Source: the human T2T-CHM13v2.0 reference genome, Homo sapiens
Strand: one strand, 5' to 3'
NCBI RefSeq assembly: GCF_009914755.1
Contig: NC_060929.1
Length of the DNA stretch: 64,000 bases
The position numbers and the translations under genes were made by a program. Of this stretch, positions 53,600-64,000 are shown in pieces (position 1 is the stretch's first letter; each line of letters begins with the position of its first letter). Below the pieces are notes generated by a model that worked only from the letters and a program-made list of their open reading frames with translations, was not told where the DNA came from and ran no database searches.

Positions 53600-53990
53600 C
53601 ACAAGCAACAGAGACTGTGGGATCAAATAGAGACAGGGATTCCCATAACAGCTTTGCCTCTTCCCCAGCTGTGTGACATTATTTGCATTTATTCATTTTA
53701 TGAATATATAGTGTGTGTCCAGCACTATGTTAGGCAGAGTGAACACCAAGGTGAAGGAAATATGTCCCTGCTCTCAAGGAGCACACAGAGTAGTGGGAGA
53801 GACTGACCAAATGACCAACAATTATAATACAGTGTGGAGAGTGCAGGAAGAAAGATCCATGCACAGTCACTTGCATATCTTTCAGCATCTTTAAACCTCT
53901 CCTCATCTGTAAAATGGAAAGAATAATGAACACCTATTTCACAAGGCTGGGGTGAAGATTAACTGATATTGGGTAGAAGGTGTCTATAAT
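53600..53990. mobile_element. MIR (+) interrupted by an L2 3' end (-) at about 53680-53850
   Basis: CAGCTGTGTGAC | ATTTATTCATT...CAGCACTATGTTAGGC...CCTGCTCTCAAGGAGC | CTCATCTGTAAAATGG. Confidence 0.65.
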
Positions 53991-54614
53991 CTGGCAAGAG
54001 TCACACAAATTGTGGTTTTGACTGTCTATGGTCCAGTTTAAAGTGAGAAACCTAATGAAAGTGAAGCAAGATGGAAATGTAGAGGAGGCTCAAGGCAAAA
54101 GAGGAAGAAAGATATCTGCATGGTGAGATTAGACACTGTTATGTTAACCTCCAAGGTTTCTCTGAATTGGCTCTGGGGGGATACAGAGTGAAGGCAGGAT
54201 GTGGGCAGGTAACTGGATGGAGGCCCCGCTGCACATATTCAGCTCATATTTTCATGGTTTTATACACTGGGGCTCCAAATCAGATTTCATTTAAAGAAAG
54301 TGTTTCACAACTTAAAAAAATAAAATAAAAAAACTTCAAGTGCCACACTATCCCAAACTCCAAAAATGTGTAATAATATCCTGATTGGGGAACTCCCAAT
54401 AAGGGGGGTATCTTTGCTATTGTTAGAAAATATAATTAAAAACAAAATATTCCCCAAAAAGAAAATTTCTCCACAATGGCAGAAAAGAGAAAATGTAGCC
54501 AAGTAGATAAAACCTATTACATACAAGTAGAAGGACTTAACAGCACTGTTTTTTCACACAGTTTATCCTAAACTCACCTGGTAATCTGGGTCCCCACCTA
54601 TGTTAGTTAATTGC

Positions 54615-55467
<853 letters not shown>

Positions 55468-55734
55468 ATTGGCATCATATAAAGGAAAGATAAACTTCTC
55501 ATATTTGTATAACAGGTGGTAGTTTTGCAATTTGTCAGAGTACCCATGAAGTTAGTCTTTTACCCTTCTACAGAAACTGGGAAATAAGGTTTTTATGTCT
55601 TTAATGTTTACATAATATTTACATTTCAAAAGGATGGCTCTCATGTCTCTGAAAAAGACATTACTGGGTTGTAAAACTATCAACAGTCTTTTAGAAAGAT
55701 TTACATCTCAAAGGGCAGAGAAAGAATTAACAAG

Positions 55735-55813
55735 TTTTTGTTTTGTTTTGTTACTTAATGAAAATTGTATATATTTTTGTGTACAACAATGTTGGAAAAT
55801 ATGCATACATTGT
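55735..55813 (-). mobile_element. L1MA 3' terminus (continues at about 62990)
   Basis: AAAATTGTATATATTTTTGTGTACAACA...AAATATGCATACATTGTG. Confidence 0.7.
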
Positions 55814-57657
55814 GAGGAAAATGGCAGATTGGAGACAGAACTAATGTGGAGCTCCCACTTGGACAGACAGAACAGCATGTGGAGACTCACACTGTGAACT
55901 TTTGCTCCAAGAACCACTGCAAGAACATACCAGGAAAACCAAAAGAATTCACAGATCCTTTGAAAGAAGTGGCTTGCTGCTGCAAACTCCATGAGCTGAA
56001 CAACTGTGAGTTCATACAGTGTGAGAGGGGGTAAAGTCTGCCTCTGAACACACATTCCCACTGGAGAATCTGAAAATCCAGACCACAGGAGAAAGATTTA
56101 ACCTTACCTAGAGCTGAAATGGGTTTAGGGAGCTGAGTGAAATATAAAAGTAGAAAAAGCAGTGAGAAGAGCCCTGTGGGCACTCCCAGTCCCCAGCTCA
56201 AACCCAGGGAAGCCATTCCTGACCTTATCTCATGGGGTTCCTTGAGGAAGGCAGCCAGCAGAATTAGGGTGGGGTCACAGGTTGAAGGAAGCTTCTACCT
56301 AAACTTTGTAATAATTTTGATTGAGCACAAATTTTCCTGAGCTGAAGCCAGGATTGGGGAGCAAATGGGAAGTACAGATATGAGCACAGAAGCTATAGCT
56401 GATAGTGCAGATAGGTATGGAAGGGTGAGTTCTGAAGAGCCCTTCTTGCTTTCTCAGCAGGAAGGCTTGTTGGCTGGAGCAAGAACTCAGCCCTGTGCAT
56501 CAGCTGTCTGGATATAAACTTGGTGCTATGTGTGGGGCATGGTGGGAGTGAGACTGGAGACTGGCCTTGCTGGCTCTGGATAAGGCCTGTCACTTCTGGC
56601 TTATCCCCACTTCTGTGGCAACCTATATGATGGGGCAGAGGCAGCCATAATCCCCCTGGGAACATAACTCCATTGACATGAGAACCACCCTCTGTCTCCC
56701 ACAGTGGCCACAACAAGCCTCACCTAAGGAGAGTCTGAGCTCAGACATGCCTAACCCTGCCCTTAACTGGTGGTTTTTCTCTACCTGCCCTGGTAGCTGA
56801 ATACAAAAGACATAAATTCTTAGAAGCCCTATGGCTCCACCCATTGCCTAAAAAACCCCAGTACTTTTCTTGACGAACATAGGGCAAACCTAAATTCCCC
56901 TTTAACTCCTGTAGCTGCTGCTCTCTTGAAAGAGTCACCTCTTAGATGTAGGTCAACCAACTAAAGCCATTACAGCAACTCATAACAGGACAACTCTGCT
57001 CCAACAAAGGAGAAAACAACAGCTAATTCCACCAACAACAACTGGATAACCAGACGTCCTGAGTCTGTCAACATGACAACTTCACTGCTACCCTAACCAG
57101 CATTCAAGAAAACCAATCCACTAAACAAAACTACAGCCAAGGACTCCCACAGAGTACACTTCAATCCTCTGCCACCTATGCCAGCACAGGTGTGAGTATC
57201 CATGGCTGAAAGACCTGAAGATGAATCACATCACAGGACTCTGTAGACATTCCCCAGCACCAGCCCAGAGCCCAGTAGCCCTACTGGGTGGCTAGACCCA
57301 GAAGGGCAACAACAATTACTGCTGTCTGGCTCTCAGAAAGCCCCATCTCTAGGGGAAGAAAGAGAGCACCACATTGAGGAATTACCCCATGGCAGAAAAA
57401 AAAATCTGAACCGCAGCCCTTGAGGTTTAGATCTTTCCACTGAAACAGTCTATGCAAATGAGAAGGAACCAGGAAAGTATTTCTGGTAATATGACAAAAC
57501 AAGGTTTCATAACACCCTTAAAAGATCACACTAGCTCTCCAGCAATGGATACAAACTAAGAAGAAATCTCTAAATTGCCAGGTAAATAATTCAGAAGGTT
57601 GATGATTAAGCTACTCAAGGAGGTAGCAGAGAAAGATGAAAACCAACTTAAAGAAAT

Positions 57658-57777
57658 TTATATATATATATATATATATATGTATAATATATATGTATAA
57701 CATATATATGTATAATATATATGTATAACATATATATGTATAATATATATGTATAATATATATATGTATTATATATA
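57658..57777. repeat. (TA)n-derived compound repeat (TATATATGTATAA units) inside L1 ORF1
   Basis: Read directly from the sequence. Confidence 0.9.
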
Positions 57778-58922
57778 GGGGATTGATGAAAAAGTCTCTA
57801 GATAAATAGATATATTAAAGAAAAGACAATCACAACTTCTGGAACTAAATAACAACTTAGAGAAATGCAAAATACAAGGGATAGAATAGATCAAGTGGAA
57901 GAAAGAGATTCAGAGCTTGAAGAAAAGGCTTTCAAATTAACCCAATGAGAAAAAGACAAAGAAAAAAGCAATTGTAAAAATGAACAAAGCCTTCAAGAAA
58001 TTTGGGATTATGTTTAACGATCAGATGTAAGAATAATTGGCATTTGTGGGAAAGAAGAGAAATCTAAAACTTTGGAAAACATACTTGAGGGAAAAATTGA
58101 GGAAAACCTTCCTGATCTTGCTAGAGAGTTAGACATCCAAATACAAGAAGCTCAAAGAACACCTCAAAAATTCATTAAACAAAGATCCTCACCTAGGCAC
58201 ACAGTCATCAGGTTATCTAAAATCAAGACAAAGGAAATAATCTTAAGAGCTGTGAGGCAAAATCATCAGGTAACCTATACAGAAAAACCTATCAGATTAA
58301 CAGCAGATTTCTCAGCAGAAACCCTACAAGCCAGAAAGGATTGGGGTCCTATCCTTAGCCTCCTTAAAGAAAATAATTGTCAGCCAGGAGTTTTGTATCC
58401 AGCAAAACTAAGCTTCATAAATGAAGGAAATATAAGGTCTTTTTCAGACAAACAAATGCTGAGACAATATGCCACTACCAAGCCAGCACTACAAGAAGTG
58501 CAAAAAGGAGTTCAAAACTTTGAAACAAACCTTAAAATTCACCAAAATAGAACCTCCTTAAAGCATAAATCTCACAAGGCCTAGAAAACAATAACACAAT
58601 GGGAAAAAAACAACGTATTCAGGTAACAACTAGCATGATGAATAGAATAGTACCTAATATCTCAGTACTAACGTTGAATGTAAATGGCCTAACTGCTCCA
58701 CTTAAAAGATACAGAATTGCAGAATGGATAAAACTCCACCAACCAAGTATCTGCTGTCATCAAGAGACTCGCCTAACACATAAGGCCTCACATAAACTTA
58801 AGGCAAAGGGGTGGAAAAAGATAGTCCATGAAAATGGAAACAAAAAACAAGCAATAGTAGCTATTCTTATATCAGACTAAAGAGACTGTAAAGCAATAAC
58901 AGTTAAAAAAAGACAAAGAGAG

Positions 58923-59051
58923 GGCCAGGTGTGGTGGCTCATGCCTGTAATCCCAGCAGTTTGGAAGGGCAAGGCGGGTGGAACACGAGGTCAGGAGATC
59001 AAGACCATCCTGGCTAACAAGGTGAAACCCCATCTCTACTGAAAAAAAAAA
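58923..59051 (+). mobile_element. AluY/Sc-type left arm only
   Basis: CACGAGGTCAGGAGATCAAGACCATCCTGGCTAAC...CATCTCTACT followed by an A run; TSD AAAAAAAGACAAAGAGAG. Confidence 0.9.
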
Positions 59052-59704
59052 AAAAAAAGACAAAGAGAGACATTATATAATGATTAAAAGATTCATCCAA
59101 CAGGAAACTATCACATGAAACCAAAAAAGTGCCTGCATAGCCAAAGCAAGACTAAGCAAAAAGAACAAATCTGGAGGCTTCACATTATTTGATTTCAAAC
59201 CATACTACAAGGCTATAGTTACCAAAACAGCATGGAACTGGTATAAAAGTAGGCACATAGACCAATGGAACAGAATACAGAACCCAGAAATAAAGCCAAA
59301 TACTTACAGCCAACTGATCTTTGACAAAGTAAACAAAAATGTAAGGTGGCAAAAAGACACCCTATTCAAAAAATGGTGCTGGGATACTTGGTAAGCCACA
59401 TGTAGAAAAATGAAACTGGATTCTCATCTCTCACCTTATACATAAATCAAGTCAAGATGGATCAAAGACTTTAATCTAAGACTTGAAACCATAAAAATTC
59501 TAGAAAATAACATGAGAAAATCTCTTCTAGATATTGGCTTAGGCAAATAGTTTATGACCAAGAATCCAAAAGCAAATGCAACAAAAACAAAAATAAATCA
59601 ATGGGACTTAATTAAACTATAAAGCTTCTGCACAGCAAAAGAAATGATCAGCAGTGTTAAAGACAACCCACAGAGTGGGAGAAAGAAAATCTTTGCAAAC
59701 TATG

Positions 59705-62373
59705 TGTATTAGTCCATTATCATGCTGTTATGGAGAAATACCAGAGACTGGATAATTTATTTAAAAAAACGTTTAATTGACTTACTGTTCTGCATGGTTT
59801 GGGAGACCTCAGGAAACTTACAATCATGGCAGAAAGCACTTTTTCACAGAGTGGTAGGAGAGAGAATGAGTTCTGATTGAAGGAGGAGTCCCTTTATAAA
59901 ACCATCAGATCTCATGAGAACTCACTCACTATCATAAGAACAGCATGGGGGAAACTGCCCCCATGATTCAGTTATCTCTACCTGGTCCTGCCCTTGACAC
60001 ATGGGAATTATCACAATTCAAGATGAAATTTTGGGTGGGGACACAGCCAAACCATATCATTCTGCCACTGCACTCCCGAATCTCATGTCCTTACATTAAA
60101 AAACACAGTCATACCTTTTCAACCATCTCTGAAAGTCTTAACTCATTTCAGCTTTAACCCAGAAGCCCAAATCCAAAGTCTCATCTGAGTCAAAGCAAAT
60201 CTCTTCTTCCTATGAGCCCATCAAAGCAAAAGCAAGTTAGTTACATCCTAGATACAATGGTGGTACAGGCATTGGGTAAATACACCCATTCCAAATGGGA
60301 GAAATTGGCCAAAATAAAGGGCCTACAGTCTCCATGCAAGTGTGAACTCTAACAGGTCAGTCATTGTATTAGTCTGTTTTCATGCTGCTGATAAAGACAT
60401 ACCCGAGATTGGGTAATTTATACAGAAAGAAGGGTTTATTGAACTTACAGTTCCACGTGGCTGGGGAAGCCTGACAATCATGACAGAAGGCAAGGAGGAG
60501 CAAGTCACATCTTACGTGGATGACAGCAGGCAAAGAGAGAGCTTGTGCAGGGAAACTGCCTCATAAAGCCATCAGATCTCATGAGATATATTCACTATCA
60601 TGAGAACAGCACAGGAAAGACATGCCCCCATGATTCAATTACCTCCCACTGGGCACCTCCCACAACATGCGGGAATTCAAGATGAGATTTGGGTGGGGAC
60701 ACAGTCAAACAATATCTGTCATTAAACCTTAAAGTTCCATAATAATTTTCTTTGACTCTATGTTTTATATCCAAGACACACTGATGCAACAATTGAGCTC
60801 CCACACCCTTGGGCAACTCTGCCTTTGTGGCTTTGTGAGTACAACCCCCCTACCAGCTGCTTTCATGGGCTGACACTGAGTGTCTGCAGCTTTTCCAGGC
60901 ACACAGTGCAAGCTGTCAGTGGATCTACCATTCTGGTGTCTAGAGGATGGTGGCCTCCTTCTCACGCTCTACTAGGCAGTGCTCCAGTGGAGACTCTGTG
61001 TGGGGGCTCTAATCCCACATTTCCCTTCTGTAGTGCACTAGAGGAGGTTCTCCATGAGGGCTCCATCCCTGTATCAAACTTTGGCCTGGACATCTAGACA
61101 TTCCCATACATCCTCTGAAATCTAGGTGGAGGTTCCCAAACCTCAGTTCTTGTCTTCTGCACACCTGCAGGCTCAATACCACGTGGAAGCCGCCAAATAT
61201 GGGCTTTGCACCCTCTGAAGCAATATCCCGAGCTGTACCTTGGCCCCTTTTAGCCATAGCTGGAGCAGCTGGGATGCAGGGTACCAAGTCCTGAGGCTGC
61301 ACACAGCAGGGGGTCCCTGGGCCCAGGCCAGAAAACCATTTTTCTCTCCTAGGCTAGGCTTCCAGGACTATGATGGGAGGGGCTGCTGTGAAGGTCTCTG
61401 ACACGCCCTGGAGACATTTTCCCCATTGTCTTGGTGATTAATATTTGGTTCCTCATTACGTCCGCAACTTTCTGCAGCCGTCTTGAATTTCTCCCCCAAA
61501 AATGGGTTTTTCTTTTTTCCTGCATAACCAGGCTGCAATTTTTCCAAATTTTTATGCTATATCACCTCTTGAACACTTTGCTGCTTAGGAAATTCTTTTA
61601 CCAGATACCCTAAATCATTTATCTCAAGTTCAAAGTTCCACAGATCCACAGATCTCTACGGCAGGGGCAAAATGCCACCAGTCTCTTTGCATAGCAAGAA
61701 TAGCCTTTATTCCAGTTCCCAACAAGTTCTTCTTCACCATCTGACCACCTCAGCCTGGACTTCATTGTTCATATCACTATAGCATTTTGGTCAAAGTCAT
61801 TTAACAAGCCTCTAGGACATTCCAAACTTTCCCACATCTTCCTACCTTCTAATTTCTTCAAGTCTCTAGGAAGTTTCAAACCTTCTCACATTTTTCTGTC
61901 TTATTCTGAGTCCTCCAAACTGTTCCAACCTCTGCCTGTTACCCAGTTCTAAAACTGTTTACACATTTCAGGTGTCTTTATAGCAGCTCCCCACTCCTGG
62001 TACCAATTTACTGCATTAGTTTGTCCTCAAACTGCTATGAAGAAATATCTGAGACTCAGTTATTTATAAAGGAAAGACATTCAATTGACACACAGTTCTG
62101 TATGGCTGGGGAGGCCTCAGGAAACTTACAATCATGGCGGAAGGCACGTCTTCACAGGGTGGCAGGAGACAGAATGAGTGCTGAGCAAAGGGGCAAGCCA
62201 CTTATCCCCTTATAAAACCATCAGATCTCATGAGAAATCACTCACTATCATGAGAACCACATGGGGGAAACCACCTCCATGATTCAATTATCTTGACCTG
62301 TCCCCCCTTGACACATTGGGATTATTACAATTCAAGATGAGATTTTAGGTGGGGACATAGCCAAACCATATCA
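59705..62373 (-). mobile_element. Full-length THE1C/D-type element inside L1PB (LTR 59705-60059, internal region, LTR 62012-62373)
   Basis: Perfect TSD CTATG at 59700-59704 and 62374-62378; L1 ORF2 reads through across the site (TTTGCAAACTATG|CATCCAACAAA). Confidence 0.95.
60365..60717 (-). mobile_element. THE1B solo LTR nested in THE1 internal region
   Basis: Perfect TSD GTCAT at 60360-60364 and 60718-60722. Confidence 0.93.
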
Positions 62374-62904
62374 CTATGCATCCAACAAAAGACTAATATC
62401 CAGAACCCACAAAGAACTCAAACAAATCAGAGATAAAAAATAATAATAATCTCATCAAAAACTGGGCAAAGGACATAAATAGACAATTCTCAAAACAAGA
62501 TGTACAAATAAAAAAATATGAAAAATGCTCAACATCACTAATGATCAAGGAAATGCAAATCATAACCAAAATGTGATGCCACCTTACTCTTGCAAGAATG
62601 ACCATGATTAAAAGATAAAATATAATAGAAGTTGACATGAATGTGGTGAAAAGGGAACACTTTTACACTGCTGGTGGGAATGTAACCTAGTACAACCAAT
62701 ATGGAAAACAGTATGGAGATTCCTTGAAGAACTAAAAGTAGAACTACCATTTGATCCAGAATCCCACTACTGAGTATCTAAAAGGAAAATAAGTCATTAT
62801 ATGAGAAAGATACTTTCATATGCATGTTGATAGCAGCACAATTTGTAACTGGAAAAATATGGAACCAGCCTAAATCCCCATCAACCAACAAGTGGATGAA
62901 GAAA

Positions 62905-62906
<2 letters not shown>

Positions 62907-62955
<49 letters not shown>
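62907..62955. repeat. (CA)~24 microsatellite
   Basis: Uninterrupted AC run. Confidence 0.97.
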
Positions 62956-62956
<1 letters not shown>

Positions 62957-62989
62957 TATTTATTATGTCAATAGATGGGGAAACACATT

Positions 62990-63290
62990 TACTCATCCCC
63001 CACCCCCTTCCCTCAGACCCTGGTAATCACTATTCTACTCTCTTCTTCTATGAGTTCAACTTTTTTAGGTTCCATACATAAATGAGATCATGCAGTGTTT
63101 GTCTTTCTGTTTTACTTCTGTTTTATATAACCTAATGACCGGCAGTTCCCTTCATGTTGCTGCATATAACAGGATTTTCTTTTTTTAAGACTGAATCATA
63201 TTTTATTGTGTCTATATAACACATCTTTATTCATCTGTTGATGAACACTTGGTTCCACATCTTAGCTATTGTGAATAAAATTATGAATTT
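62990..63290 (-). mobile_element. L1MA 3'UTR segment
   Basis: CCCTGGTAATCACTATTCTACTCTC...TATGAGTTCAACTTTTTTAG...TCTTAGCTATTGTGAATA. Confidence 0.85.
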
Positions 63291-63889
63291 CTAAAAAGTA
63301 ATTGCTCTAAGAAAAGGGAGAAGAAAATATTTCTTATTTTTAGAGGTAGAATTAAGCCTCTTATTTCTAATTTGTCTTTGCCCCTACTGTTATCTGACCC
63401 TTTTCAGGATATGGGAACTCTCTTGAAACATCAGCAATATACCATATCCCTTCATCCCTAGTTGGTCAAGCAACCGGTAGAGAACAGGACCAGAGAAATT
63501 GACTGTTTGTTAAAGAAAGAAAGAGTTATCCACAATTCAAAATCTCTGGCCACATGAAATTGAACTACTTGGCAGATGTTTCCTAATAGGTGTTTTCTAT
63601 AGAATCTTGGTTTACATTTGATTGGCTACTCTTGTTGTAGCCAAAGGTGATGCCCTTCCATAACCACCACAACGAAAGTAACCCCCCAGGCCTGCTGAAA
63701 ATCTGTCCCATTGTCCAGCATATCTCTGTAATAGAACCCCTCAGAACGTGTAGTTACCCTCTTTACTTATTTATTATTATTTCCTGCTATTATTATTCTC
63801 AGTCTGTGAAGACAGAACACTTTTCTTTCTTTTTCAATTAAGAAGTAAAATTGTCTTCTTATTTCCAATATGTTTAAGTAACTAGAAGA

Positions 63890-63945
63890 GTGGTAGATAT
63901 ATAGTAGGCCTTCAATAAATATTTGTTGAACTAATGAATGAAACA
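63890..63945 (+). mobile_element. L2 3' terminus
   Basis: ATAGTAGGCCTTCAATAAATATTTGTTGAACTAATGAATGAA. Confidence 0.7.
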
Positions 63946-64000
63946 ATAAATACACAATGCATACAAAACTGACCTGGCAGAATTGTGAATCAGAGTAGTG

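Larger units (their letters stand above)
55814..62906 (+). mobile_element. L1PB-like element with 5'UTR, ORF1 and internally deleted ORF2; 3'UTR missing
   Basis: 5'UTR AGCATGTGGAGACTCACACTGTGAACTTTTGCTCCAAGAAC; ORF1 remnant 58072-58584 (EKPIRLTADFSAETLQARKDW); ORF2 start ISVLTLNVNGLTAPLKRYR. Confidence 0.92.

Noticed and set aside
58072-58584. 170-aa ORF
   Set aside because: C-terminal remnant of L1 ORF1p; the upstream part is broken by stops and a TA repeat.
61805-61910. About 54-bp duplication in the THE1 internal region
   Set aside because: The two copies are diverged and I recall similar duplications in THE1/MST internal variants, so it is probably inherited from the source element.

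Overview
Primate (human-like), AT-rich, non-coding DNA, either intergenic or deep intronic, most of it interspersed repeats. Contents: three LTR-int-LTR THE1 (MaLR) elements, several solo THE1/MST/MER57/LTR16-like LTRs, a 12-kb composite L1 insertion (17669-29715), a 7-kb L1PB-like element, older L1M/L2/MIR fragments, five Alu-family insertions, a MADE1 MITE and a 1.35-kb AT-rich minisatellite. I recognise no protein-coding exon, RNA gene or CpG island. The longer ORFs in the track are decayed L1 or THE1-internal frames or repeat artefacts. I found no support for a new biological system. The best observations are mechanistic: an old L1 3' transduction bounded by a 14-bp TSD, a minisatellite with block and higher-order structure inside an L1, a probable locally templated insertion, a tiny 5'-inverted L1, four-level TE nesting, a MaLR strand bias, intact DUX4 motifs and a palindromic RFX X-box. 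Subfamily names come from remembered consensus sequences, not a RepeatMasker run. Boundaries of old repeats are approximate.
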